Assembly: GCA_964016885.1 (NCBI GenBank) | Contig: OZ024746.1 | Span: forward strand, 87,234,001 to 87,298,000 | Reading direction: 5' to 3' | DNA length: 64,000 nt | From: Eledone cirrhosa | Taxonomy: Eukaryota | Shown here: one piece after another, positions 13,760-27,269 of the stretch | How the letters are laid out: each line of letters begins with the position of its first letter | Numbering within the stretch: position 1 is the first letter of the stretch | The notes under the pieces: generated by a model | What the model saw: the letters and a program-made list of their open reading frames with translations, nothing else | Told to the model about the DNA's origin: nothing | Database searches by the model: none | Position numbers and translations under genes: made by a program

Positions 13760-13880
13760 GTTGAAATGATCGAAGAAAACGCAGGAGGCAATTCTACACA
13801 GTTTTATTAGGTTCACGCTTGATGCAACTAGAGAAGGTTTCATTGTTTCGGACTAAAGTCCTTCATCTTCATCAGTAAAG
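13760..13880 (-). mobile_element. PLE pseudo-LTR-like unit with hammerhead-like core
   Basis: Reverse complement reads CTGATGAagatgaa-ggact-tt-agtcc-GAAAC...tcaagcgtgaacctaataaa, related to the 6350/10780 units, with a small duplication in the core. Confidence 0.5.
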
Positions 13881-14849
13881 GTAAGATAGGGGTAGAACAG
13901 GACTCCGAGAGGGTGTAAGGAAGCAAGTTACCAAGTAAATAAGACAATATGAAGGAACAAATAAAAATAAATATAATAAACAAAATAAAAAAGTGAAGAT
14001 AAAGGAGGTAGGAATGTTGTCTCCACCTCACCTCTCTTTCACTCACTACCCGCTCTCTCTGCCTGTTCAAGTAAAGCGTAACGCCCATGCGAATGTAAAA
14101 GCAGAATTATAATATAGATGGTAAAAATATCCGGTGACAAACAAAATAAAAATGAATGAGCAAATAATTACAAGGTTTTAACAAATATATTAAAAATGCG
14201 TCGAGATATTTGATATTTGAAAGAGTAACAAAAACAGTATCTGATAAATAAACGAAATACTGAAACATTTTACAAAATACTTTTAATAACTAATGCATTT
14301 TATAATAGCTGATTTCCAGTTAACTCTATTCTAGTTTCACTTTCTGTTATATATGACACATATATGACGCTCTCATGCCCTAAATTCAAATGGTACTATA
14401 GCATATGAAAATAGACGACTTGAGTGTGTCTTAAGGGATGTAATCTTCAGTCATCTTAATCTATATCATATCATAACCATCTATCAACATCGTCGATACA
14501 GTAAATGGTAGATTTAGGCTTTGTGTCTCTATGTGTAGAGGGATTATCTGACAAGACTGTTGTCAACGATTTCATTTGGAATATCGCAAGCAATTGAGCT
14601 CTACTTCAAATTCCTAGAGATGTATATAGCTAAAATCTGGTATAGATAACATATGAGCATGTACTTAACAAACAGTTACTGTTTTAACACCTATCGGTAA
14701 ACGTTCAAACATTGGAATATCTAATATATGGTAGTAAACTTTGAGTCTGTAGCTTATAGAACTCAGTATTGTTCACATAACTTTTAGGCATGGTATGACA
14801 AAAGATAATGTTTATGGGCGTTATTATATATATATATTAGATATATATA

Positions 14850-14954
14850 TCCCGCCGAGGTTAACTCTGCCGTTCATCCTTACGGGGTTGATAACATAAA
14901 GTACCAGTAATACACTGGGATAATTGCTGGCCTTGTGCCAAAAGTAGAAACAAT

Positions 14955-14957
<3 letters not shown>
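14850..14957 (+). mobile_element. 5'-truncated SINE (main family)
   Basis: atcccgccgaggttaac...gtagaaacaattat. Confidence 0.85.
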
Positions 14958-15023
<66 letters not shown>

Positions 15024-16239
15024 TCCTTCAGCGTACGAAATAGGTAAGGTTATTTAAAACTTCCAGAGTAGACACAAAGGCATTTGCTTCAAATACACGT
15101 AAATGGGTACCATAAATCTATCCCTACTCGAGTTTTTGCCACACTTAATGCAGCAAGAGAGCGCACACCATCTACTGTCTGCCTTTATTAGGCAACAATG
15201 CACAATCGCCACATATGGCTTCATCAGCGGGTCTCACCTAATCAATAAAAAGTCACTCGATAGAACTCGATTCCAGTCCGGGCCGGCTATGGTAGTGAAT
15301 GCCACAGGCTACACAGTAGTACATTAGTAACTGAAATCCCTACGCGTCATCAAAATGCCGTCAACCAGTTCAGAAATGTATGTGATGGTAGGAGTCGAAA
15401 TTCTTATTCTTCCACCCCTACATAAGGACTCACCAACATAGCTCATGTCAAACACAAATTAACAAGTGAGTGAAAAATCGTTTATTAGAGACAACAGCCT
15501 CCAATCGCTGTACGAGAGAATTCGGCTCTAGTCTCCGTATATATCTATGTATATGTTCTATAGACAAACGTGTATTCACTATAATATTCTGATTTCATTA
15601 CAGCTGTTTGTGCGAAATCGAATATTTCAAGTAATGGCTAACGTCTTGGATCAGGTTATGGTATATATAGTTATGTTCGTAGAAGCATTTACAGTGGGAA
15701 AGTGTTTTAACCTTTGGGCATTATGGGTTTTCTATGCACTATAATTTGAATAGTTCTATTTTCTCCTTTCCCCTTCCTTGAATGCATCATGGCGTATGGA
15801 CACATTTATTACTTTTCACAGTAAATCCGAATTCTTTGTTTACTTTCTAGAAAGATACTGCGTAGTGCATTAAGATATAATATTCATTGTTTATATTTTA
15901 TTGAAAATCACGAGAAAGGTATCTCCATATACATTTGCTGAAATATCTATATGTAAATATATGTCTTTGCTCAGGCACGAATGCTGATTTCGTTTCAGGA
16001 AGTGGAATGAGAAAAAGAAAATAAATAATAGGACTGGAAAGTTTAAAAGCTAATGTAAACATCAATTCTAAAAATTTCATTAGAAAGTTTTCGTACATTT
16101 ATGCTTTTTACAGTTAGGGAATTATCTACTAGATGTACATACATATATATTCATAAATGGATATATAAGAATAAAAATAGACATACATATATGCTTACAT
16201 GTATACACGCATGCACACACATTTAATACATAACAATAA

Positions 16240-16288
<49 letters not shown>

Positions 16289-16297
16289 GACACACAT

Positions 16298-16330
<33 letters not shown>

Positions 16331-16851
16331 ATGGAAGATGACAGGAGAAAAAACACTGGGAAGTAATATCCCTGAGGTCTGAAGAATTATCGTCAATTCT
16401 GCACTGAGTAAACCTCGTGCTTAAATTTTTGCCTGGAGTCATACCAACAGACAAATCACTTTACATTTGTATTTTAGTTATGGTGAGACATTTTGATTTT
16501 TGTATATCTTTTGGCAGATTGCCGTACCATATATTGGATATAAATGTGGTTCTGAAGTTTTAAGTAATTCTGAAAATTTTTTAGTTGTTGTTCTTGTTCA
16601 CTAAGTTGGTTCACAAGCGTGTTGTTTTAACTTCCTGTGTACTTACCTTTCTTTTATTTCACTTCCAAACATAGCAATATCTAATATTGATTTAATTTCG
16701 AATATATGTGTTTTCAAATGTCATATTAGAGTAAAGACGGTTTCATTGCTTAGTAATGTAAGGGAGAAATAGGACACATGTTTCTTTAGTTCGTATCTTT
16801 ATTTCACTTTATAATAATCAAAATGAAATACACGCACCAGTTAATACACCT

Positions 16852-16900
<49 letters not shown>

Positions 16901-19900
16901 ATTCACTGAAAGCTTCTCAAGTGTCGATACAATATTAGAAATGACCGGTGAATTATGTCATATTACACCCTGCACTTTTAGTCATATTATTAACTTGAAT
17001 TTGTAATGTGGCCTATTTACACATACTTTTTCAATAACGAAATTCGAAAGTTTTCCCCGTTGGCATAGTAAGTAGTGATTTAGGCTCATATTATTAAGGT
17101 CGTGGGTTCTAATTCGCGAAAGAATGATGTGTTGTCGCTTACAGTTAGCAATTTCAGTTTAATCAACTACAAATGAACATTAGCAAAACTCACAGGAGGA
17201 GGGTATCCTTGTACATTAGTTACTTAACACTTTCAAACCGGGATAAATTCCGAACATCCTTCATCCAATTAAAGCATGAAGATACTCACGAAAAACGCTA
17301 ACTGCTACTAATAATCCAACATAAACATTATTCTTTCTTTTGACAAACTAACAACAAAAATACGCTGTTTTTTGTCTGACAAATAACTGCGGATTTATTT
17401 ATTATATGTATTCTCACCCTTACTTGGTGTAAAATGGGCTGTGTATAATGGGTGATTTGCTTGTTCCTACTTTCTTAGGTATTATATGATCCATACTTCA
17501 CGGTGGTTGTTTAACAAGACAAACATATCTGATGTTATTTTGTACACTTGCTGGAGTTAATCTAATTTCAAGTACAGTGTTAATGCCATCATCCCACTGG
17601 CGTTTGTACTGCTCATAAATTATAACAGTCATAGAGTAGCAGCTGAAATATATCAGTAGTATCTCAAGTAATCTCACGAATTAAATGGTTTAATAGCATC
17701 CACATATCTGAAAAATATTCCATCATTTTTTTAATTGCCTAGATGGATTTGCATGGTTTCCAGGATGAGTGTGTGTATGTGGGGTGGGTGGGTATGTGTG
17801 GTGTGTGGATATGTGTGTGTGTGCGTGTGTGTGTGAGAGAGCGAGAGAGGGGGAAAAGGAAAGTAATAACATAATGTTCTAATCGGAGTCTCTTATTTAA
17901 TACTCAGGTTGGTGGTGGTAAACAAGATGACAGAATAGGCCTAAACTATGTTATCATTAAACAAAAGTAGACCCCTATCAACGTATTTCTGCATTATATT
18001 GCGACATGTAAGGTTGGATTGCCATTTAACAGGCGTTTGCATCATGTTGAATACCTTAGTGCCTTACCAACTAAGAAATGATAGAAACTAAAACAATGAA
18101 TGTGTGTGTTTCAAAAGTTTAAAAGAAGCTATCTCAAGCCAGGTAATAATGAATATAAACATAATTGTTATTGTAGATATTATACAGAATATATTAGCAG
18201 AGTTGTTAGAGCGTGAGACAAAAATGACTCCTGTACTTACGTCTAACTATTTATCTACTGAGTATAAATTTTCGACCAATGTCAGAGTTATCTTTCTTTG
18301 TCCCTTGTTCGATAACATAAAACACTCTTTAAATACTGGGATCTTTTAATTGACAATCACACCTTAAAAATTCAGGGCTTAGGTTTATGTAGGACATATT
18401 TTATTTCTTATTCGCCATATACTCTTTATGACAGCTGGGAAAGAAAATGATGCATTTTAGATGCCAATATGTTTTATTCAGAATTTTAGATGCTAATCTG
18501 GATATTCGGCAAATGATCGTCTATTGCATACATTATTTATGTATAATGTGTTCAATATCATGAATTGGTAACGAGAAATTCTTCAAAATATCAGTTTGTC
18601 TCTCTGGCTTAAGGTGATTAGGTGGATGAACAATACCTCTCTCTTATCTTTCTGTTATTTGTCGCATACGTTTTTCAGTAATCCCACATAAGCATTTCAT
18701 TAGGTTTACCAAGATTCGCGAAAATTCTCACAGGCTCCTATATATCTAAAATCAGTCAAGAGGTTACCACTTAAAGTATGATGAGCGGAGAAAGTGATGC
18801 CAAGTTTGGGCTTCGCTACTTGGCATTCGATACAATATTAATAATGCATTCACAAGCAGCTAGTGAAAATCTAGGTGAATTTTAAACGGAATTGAAAATG
18901 GAAACTGTGTTCAGTAGGAATGATATTTCGTGTTGTTTTAAAGCGCGAATGACATACTTTTCATACTTTTCATACTTTTCATGCTAGAGATACTGAGATA
19001 CTGTCAAAAGGGATAAAGCCTGAATGTAAATAATTTGTGAAACATTACTTAGCGTAAAATCTACTTTCATCTTATTTGAAAGGTTTAGAAACTTTCAGAT
19101 ACCATTTCGTATATCCGGAATTGATATTATCACCTTTCAGTAAGGAAGCCCGATGAGATTGCAGGCATGAGATCAACAATTTTTATATTTTCCTGTCCTG
19201 GTATTTACAAATCTCTGTTCAGAATCTGTTATTTATTGACATAATAAATCGGTAAAATATTTAAAATCATGCAATTATTATATATGTGGATAAAAACCAT
19301 GCTAATGGATTTATATAGAAACTTACTGTTGAAGTTTTTATTATGAGTAATGACATCGGTTGCTTTGTATCATCTTTCTTCAATATGCAAGAGGATAATT
19401 ATGTTTACGTGAGTTTCATAAGAATAACATTCATTGGTGTTCAACATTAATACGTATATCAATAATGTATATCAATATTTATGCATGTGCAAAAATAATG
19501 CTGTTTTCAATCGAGCCCATCTCCCGTAGACCACGAGAACATGCTGAAACATAATTGGTTAATTATTTTTCCGAAAGTCTGTGTTGATTTTGTAAATTAG
19601 TTGAAAAGAATATTCTTTATAAAGTAACGTTCTTATATACAATGGATAATTATGAGGCTGTGACTTTCATTCCCAGAACAAGGGATGTGTTATGCCCTTA
19701 AGAACGAAACTTTATTTCACGTTGCTTATTCTGCCTGTAGTTGCAACAGTAGATTGTACTATCAATTGAAAAGAACACTGGGGACACCGTTTCCTTCGAC
19801 CGATTTGACGAGTTCGACGACACTCGGCACGTGAGTGGTGTCAGTGTTCTCGTTGTTATATTCAGCAACGCACAAAATAAAAATCAAATATATTCATGTA

Positions 19901-21854
19901 GGAATATGTATATATATATATATGTGTGCCTGTATACCCTTGTTCCTTGTATAGGCTATATACATGTAATAAGATAATTTCTATGCCTTTGTTATATGGG
20001 CTATAATGCTGGCAAATCCCTCTACAGACGTGATGTGTTATGATGGAGTTATGATGGAGTTTTGTTTACTAGAGTACAGTCGTTAACTATCATAATAGTT
20101 TTTTACCATCCAAGAGACTGATAAAAACCGGTGAAATATAAAAATTCTATATAGGTATGATCTTTAAATGTATCATTATATGCAACATCGACAAAATATT
20201 AATGTACTGTATAAATTAATGTCTTGCTATGTTTAATTCACTGATTCATAATTTCATTTGAATTCCTAAAATGAAGCACATTAGAGGAAAAGCAATATAT
20301 AGAGAAATATGAACTTATCAACTATTATCTTCAACTCACGCATATTTCCATCATATTATTTAGTAAATATTCGTCAGTAATTCGATAATATCCTAAATGT
20401 ATGTAGGAAATACACATATTTAGAATATCGCAATATAGAATTATATTCCCCGAAGTAAAATATAATTCTAAAATTGTTCTGATAATTGAGCACATGATAA
20501 AAATCAACCTGAGGTGTTAACAATTAATGCACATATGCTTGGCAGCGTTAGCTACGTTTAATGTGTATGAGGAAATTATAAAATATAGGCAGATCTACTT
20601 ATTCATTAGTAAAATACCGTAGGCTAGATTTTTCTGAATATAGCAGCAGACGTAGTGTTTAACATTAAATTTAACATGAAATAATACAAATATGATAACA
20701 AACTAAACAATTTTACTTTATTTTAGTGGCAAGTCATTAGAGAACATCAGGTAGCATTACATTTCGCAGATTCGGATTCATGAAGAGAATCACTTCGTAA
20801 CATACTGACGTTAAATCAATCAAATAAACACTTCCAATATTTAATAAACAAACGACTATGTGGGTGATCTGTGGAGACATCAATGTTCCAATAAATTATC
20901 AATGCCATACAATTACGCAACTACCACACTGGAAATTATCAGAAAAGTCATAACCAACAAGCGTTTAACGTTCGTCAAACATTTAGGTCTTTAAAACTAA
21001 CTAAAAAACTTTTGCAGAATTAGGAGAGAATCTCAAGTCCTTTGAAGCATTTAATCAGATAATGAAATTGTGTTACAATTTCCAGTTAAAACAGTGCCAT
21101 TTCCTCATGACTCATTTCATGACGAGGCAATAACATAATTTTCTAGCAATAATGATTCTAGATAAACACTGTACTATATACTTTTACTTCTGCATGACAA
21201 TAATGTTAAAATGTTTAATAAGTTAGATATAACTGCTATTTTCAAACACCAATCACTTGTCAAATAAAAGAAGAAATAAAATAAAAAGAACAGGTTAAAT
21301 TAAATTTATACAAAAACTGAGGCCTTATGTATTTATATATAATAGGAACATAATATTTAAACGGCAGACAATTTCCGAAAGAGCATAAATCAAACAAGGT
21401 AACTAGCGACAAAAATAATGAACATATTTTAAGTAATTTTGAGATCTTGGCGTGACGAATAGCAGGGATACACACACAGGCACGCGCAAATATATATATA
21501 CAAAACATTGCTTAATGATAGATGCGAACCAGAAATCAACAAACACCGAATCGGTTACAATTAGAAATCGCCGGTGAGAGGTAAGTGTTAAACAAGGCAG
21601 GTACAACTAATCGTTGTCCTATGACAGAGGGACAAAGCGAATGATGTATGCTGTGCTAATGGATACGCTCCCCCACACCCATATATATATATATATATAT
21701 ATACGGGGTAACAGATTAATGTTATAGGTAGTCCACTTAGGTGTAGTCAAGTTAGGGGACTCCGAGTAGTGGCTAAGTTTGACTCAACAAGGCGTTTCAA
21801 TAGTGATGCTGCGAGTACGCGGTGATTTCTATGTTGTTAACACTTGGGGTAATG

Positions 21855-22046
21855 ATAAATCACGAAAGAAGTGTGACACGGTTTGCTCTACAAAAAAGGT
21901 TTTTAATCTCATTGCTGACAATTGTTTCTCTGAACTGGTAGGTCTAGAAATCGCTACCCGCTTGTTTTCACGTCAACAATTGTCAGCAATGAGATTAATA
22001 ACCTTTCTTGTATAGCAAACCGTGTCACTCTTCTTTCCTGATTTAT
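21855..22046. repeat. Fold-back palindrome with ~72 bp arms
   Basis: aaatca.gaaagaag.gtgacacggtttgct...gctgacaattgtt versus aacaattgtcagc...agcaaaccgtgtcac.cttctttc.tgattt; the minus strand has GAAAC-aatt-GTC. Confidence 0.9.
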
Positions 22047-22054
22047 ATATATAT

Positions 22055-22168
22055 ATTTAATATAGAAATGGCGTCTACAAGACTAGAACGGTTTCATTCG
22101 GAGGAAATCATCAGATTTCTTCCGAATGAAACAGTTCTAGTCACTTAGAAGCCATTTCTATATTAAAT
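22055..22168. repeat. Fold-back palindrome with hammerhead-like core at its apex
   Basis: Arms of ~55 bp around the loop atca; the minus strand reads CTGATGA-tttcctccgaat-GAAAC. Confidence 0.85.
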
Positions 22169-22199
22169 TACTTTTACTAACAGTCTGTGGCCTACACCA

Positions 22200-23400
22200 A
22201 TGCCACAGAACACCCGCCACCCGCCTCAGTGTCGAACAACGCACCATCTTCAGCCTACAGACTCACCCTCCCCTCGGCCTGATCTCCCCACCCCTATTCC
22301 TTTAGCATTCGACCCCCACCCACACATACACTTATACCCCACTAACACCACTAACACGCGCCTCCTTTTCACCGCCCACCCATTTGGCCCACCCCACAAC
22401 TAACTATACTAACAAGGCCCCACCCCACCACCGACCACTCTCCCCCAACTAACAGTACTAACATCCCCACCCCTCCCCATATCACCCACAAAGCCACCGG
22501 TAAATATATACACGCACTCACACTATCCACACACTCTACTACCACCACTAACCCTAACCCAGACATCCACACCAACCACCCCACATCTAATACCACTAAC
22601 CCCACGAACACATACACCCACACACACCCACTTACACCACCCACTCTACACACCCTACCACCACCAACCCCCACTAACACACCCGCATTCAACCCTTTCC
22701 CCACCACCAGTATACTAACACCCACTAACAAACCCCTTCACCACACACACACCAGTACACTACACTCCCTCCACGCCCCCCACTTTTTATCTCCCTCTCC
22801 ACGCTCCACACACACACACATCCCACTAATACACACCCCATCCACCTGCATGACCCTCTCCTCACTCCACCTTTCACACCTACCCATCCTCTCCCCTGTT
22901 CACCGCACCTCCGCACACACTGACACATTGACTTTCTCCACCTGCCATTCCCCTCTACTGCTGCTATGCCTTGACCCTCTGAGCACTTCTCCGCACACAC
23001 AGACACACAGTCCTCTCCACCTGTCATTCTCCTCTACCCTCATCCTGCCTTGACACTCTGACAACCTCCTTTTGCGCTCGCACCCCACATCTCCCCTCTT
23101 CCGACTACCACAACCACGGATTACACACCATTGGCCATCGTTCCCACTACCAACATGGAAAATATCCGGCACCTCTTCACATCCTCTACGGAACGACCTT
23201 AGGAACTTACCCACGGACATACACTCACAAACATTATTTTTCGAACAAAACCACCTACATTCACAAAACGTGTAAACACGACACACACGTACGTACCCCC
23301 ACATATATACCCACTCAGCCTCCGGAATCCTCTCAGTCTGACCCCTCCCTATCCTCACGCACACACACCGATCTACACACGCCTTTTCCTGAACGTCTTT
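22200..23400. repeat. C/A-rich low-complexity tract (G/T-rich on the minus strand)
   Basis: Strong strand asymmetry with degenerate ccactaac/cacac units. Confidence 0.8.
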
Positions 23401-23588
23401 CGTTCTTAGCCTGAGCGGGTATGTTGTAGCTTTAAATGTCGCCAGAGACACGTGGTTTACTCCAAGGGAGGTAACCCCCGCTTAGGCGGTGAATTCTAAT
23501 TTGAGATAAAGGAATGAATCCCTTTAGACAAACCGAATAAAGCACTCAACCAGAAGTTATCAAACAAACTTAAACAATTAATCAATCA

Positions 23589-23635
<47 letters not shown>

Positions 23636-23711
23636 AAATCAACTTTTTAAATGGAAGTTGCATTATTTAAAAGGTATGTCAAAAATTATTTATAAAACAG
23701 CTTATGTATTG

Positions 23712-23777
23712 TATTTTGTCTGAGGAAGGCATACCATATTTTTAATATGATATCCCTGAAATATATATAACGAAATA
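23712..23777 (+). ncRNA. Type I hammerhead ribozyme motif (intact core)
   Basis: tattttgt-CTGAGGA-[12/14 bp stem II, ttt loop]-GAAA-T-atat-A-TA-acgaaata; 8 bp stem I; lies in a ~185 bp unit between (TA)n tracts. Confidence 0.8.
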
Positions 23778-25056
23778 AATAAGGTTTTATAAATATAGTT
23801 TCCATTTGTTTAATATCGTATATATATATATATATATATATATTCATCTAAACTGGCGAGTGTTTACTCGCATATTGTTTTGAGATTTTCGTATACATAT
23901 ATGACTACAAATTTCAGAATATGTCTGCAGTACACCTGATCTTTCCATCAGTGTCTCATAAGTTATATTAGCGATATATGATAGCTGTAATAATAATTTT
24001 AAAAAATTCCAAGCAGAACAAATATAGTTTGATACATGATGGATTCACATCTTTATGAGAGAAGACAGTTAGATGTCTTAAATCAACCAATGAAACATAA
24101 GGTGTTGACATAGGCATAATTACACCAACCTAGTGACGCTGCACTTTAATTTCTTCTTCGGTTACAAGGTGAAATATTTAGGAAGAATGTAGTTAAATGA
24201 TGTGAGATAAAGACTGTATTGCTCCCCCAGACAAATGCTCCTTTACGAAAGACCACGTAGGAATTTCCAGTTAATGGCTGGACGTGTTGCAATTCACACC
24301 CAATCCATTTTCAAACCATACTTTATATTCGTATAGAAACACACTTTGGATAATGTAGGCTTAGGTTTAGCAATGAAGTATCGAGATAGACACGTTCTTA
24401 ATACTTAATCAAAGTTGAGCTGTGGTAGGGAAACCACAATTTCATGCATAATAATTTTAAAATGTAGGAGAAATATCTCTGCCGTCATTTGTATCTAGAC
24501 ATGACAGCCAAACATCCTCCAAATCACACTTCTCTTACTAATTTCTACATTAAGTACGGAATTGAATATACGCAGTCATAGTTCTGTTTGCTTCATCAGA
24601 CCAGAAATAACCGTAGACAAATCAATAACAACAACACCAGGAGCAGGAAAAACGATTTGAACGGATTCTGGGGTTTATTTCGATGATGAAATAGACAATA
24701 TTGTTCGAAGATCTGTTTATCTTCATGATAGACATTTTCAACAGTGAGCAGCTTAGGACTTCAAAAGAGCTAAGAGGTACGTTCACAGATGTAATATTGT
24801 ATTCAGTTTGTCTTTACATTTGCATAGTGGCCTCTGTGCATTTTGTTCCATATACTGAAGCAGACGCTTAACAGCACCATAGGTGTCAGCCCCTCAGTCG
24901 TCCGTATGAAATAACCAGTCCATCTATGTTGGGATTCTTTTATTAATGACTTAATCGCACTAATGTTGACCTCACGAATATATCAACATTGGAGACCATG
25001 AGACAATCCGAAATCCAGATAGTGTTAAGGCAGTGTGTATATGTATATATAAATAA

Positions 25057-25127
<71 letters not shown>

Positions 25128-25550
25128 CTCGTTATCGAGTATGGCCATTGCAGAATATACCACTATTAATTATTATTAATTAATTCTATCGTGCAATGTC
25201 TGTGTGTGAACATTTTTTTAAAAGCTAGGAAAGACTGTGCACTGAGCGAATCCCACTCTCTGAGCGACAGTAGCTCTAACCAGAAAAGAACAAAATATCA
25301 ACATCATCGGTAACTACTGAGCCGCAGTTTTTATGTCGGACTTATCCCAGTTTCATGAGTCGCCTTCTCCTAGAAGAATACCCTGACTAAGGCTATGGGT
25401 CTTTCACTTCCAGTGGTTTAACCGCGCGATCGGATATCGAGGCCAACTATTTCTAAGTGCCCGTGTATATACATACAAATGCACACATGCATATATCCAC
25501 GTAATCTTAGACACACGATTTACTGTGTTTATTACTACATATATTATTAT

Positions 25551-25731
25551 ATAATTGTTTCGACGTTAGGCACAAGGCCAGTAATTACCCGGTACATTAC
25601 TGGTACTTTATTTTATCTACCTCGTAAGGATGAAAGGCAAAGTTAACCTCGGCAGGATTTGAACTCAGATCGTAAAGGGACGTAACTATGCTGCAAAGCA
25701 TGTTCGGCCCTCTACCGATACTGTCAATTCA
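25551..25731 (-). mobile_element. tRNA-derived SINE (main family)
   Basis: Family core sequence. Confidence 0.9.
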
Positions 25732-26331
25732 ATGCTCAGTATTTACATTTAGAATTTGTTAATTACAGGGTATCAATATGAGTTATTAACCCTGCCTTTT
25801 ATTTGTATTTCGGCTCCCTAACTACATGAGTTTATAAGTTGTTTGTATTAAGGCTATTCTTTCTAGCCTATCCACTAACCCCACTTTTGGCTTCTGGCGA
25901 AGGAGGTCAAATGTTCATACGTGTGGCGTTGTTGCTTTAGGTGTTTGTCACATTTAATATGATTCTCTCGCTGATGATACGACCGGATTATTTGTTACAA
26001 ACACAATTCTCAGGGCGAAATGTATAAACTGTCTGGTAGATGTAATAGTTATTGAGAGTGTCAGTATATTTTCTGTATTTCCGTCTGCTTCTGGTTAAAT
26101 TTGTCAAACCAACGTGTTATGTCATCCCTTGTAATTTTAGAAACACGATTTACTTTGTTTATTACTACACACATATATATATATATATATATAGGTTTGT
26201 TGGTTCACCACTGGATAGAACTGGTCATTCCATATGGTCAACCTCGATGTAATATTACGGACAGCACTCAACGTCATGCAACTCACCCGTCTTCGTTTGT
26301 GTAGTTGGTGGTGCCAGTACGGAGTTAATTA

Positions 26332-26655
26332 TTATAAAATAACTGGATGCTAGACTGGTGTAATTCCTTAAAGGTTTATTATACTATGATAATTACAATG
26401 ACCGGGTTCAGTATGAATCCGGTGACATCATCAGATATTCGAAATATAGCAAAGGAATATAATAGACAAAATCCATGGGGCTGAAAAGCAGAGACAGGAG
26501 GCCGACCGAACATTTAGCAGCTTCTACCCCGGCGGCCGATATATTTCGAATACCTGAGATGTCAACGGATTCATACTGAACCCGGTCGTTGAAATGATCA
26601 TAGTATAATAAATCTTTTAAGGAATTACACCAGTCCAGCCTCCTGTAATTTTATA
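26332..26655. repeat. Inverted repeat pair (~116 bp arms, ~90 bp spacer), each arm carrying a hammerhead motif
   Basis: Right arm: atac-CTGAGA-..ggattca-tac-tgaacccgg..-GAAA-T-gatc-A-TA-gtat-AATAAA. Left arm (minus strand) has CTGATGA but GTAAT in place of GAAAT. Confidence 0.85.
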
Positions 26656-26662
26656 TATATAC

Positions 26663-27260
26663 ATATGAAAAGAATGAAATTTCATTCCTCACTCTTAGTG
26701 CGGCTAATACTTAATTATAAGTATGTATACATACATACATACATGCACACATATTTATATGTACGTATGGGCTTATCGAACATTTATTATAATGCTCGGT
26801 TTCTTTGTAAACAAACATCCCGAATTATTAGCTGTACAGTGTTTGGCAACCATCGTTACCCTTTTGTTCAACACTGACAAAGGAGCGATGAACTAGTTTC
26901 TAGCTTATTAGCTGTCATCAGCACCGTATACCTTCTTGTCAGTCGATTGAACGTTTGAAAGTATATACTTTCCTTATGCATATTAAAGGTTGAACAGCCT
27001 AATTTGCATATCGAGTGAGTTAGTCGGCCGGGTGTACCGAAAACGTTAAATGGAAAAAATGAAATTCCATTTCTCTTTCTTAGTACGGCTGATACTTAAA
27101 TATAAGTAGGTATACGTACATGCATATATGTATACAGACCGTACAGTAGTATGTATATACACACATGCACACATATATATATATATGTGGACGTATACAT
27201 ACATACATTTAAGTATCAGCCGTACTAAGAGTGAGAAATGAAATTTCATTTTTTCCATAT
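26663..27260. mobile_element. Non-autonomous element with direct and inverted repeated termini
   Basis: Motif atg(g)aaaaaatgaaatttcatttctcactcttagtacggctgatacttaaat at about 26665 (+), 27050 (+) and 27207-27258 (-). Confidence 0.7.
26886..26926 (-). ncRNA. Minimal type I hammerhead ribozyme motif
   Basis: cggtg-CTGATGA-c-agct-aata-agct-a-GAAA-C-ta-G-TT-catcg; 5 bp stem I; palindromic CTAG stem III. Confidence 0.7.
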
Positions 27261-27269
27261 ATATATATA

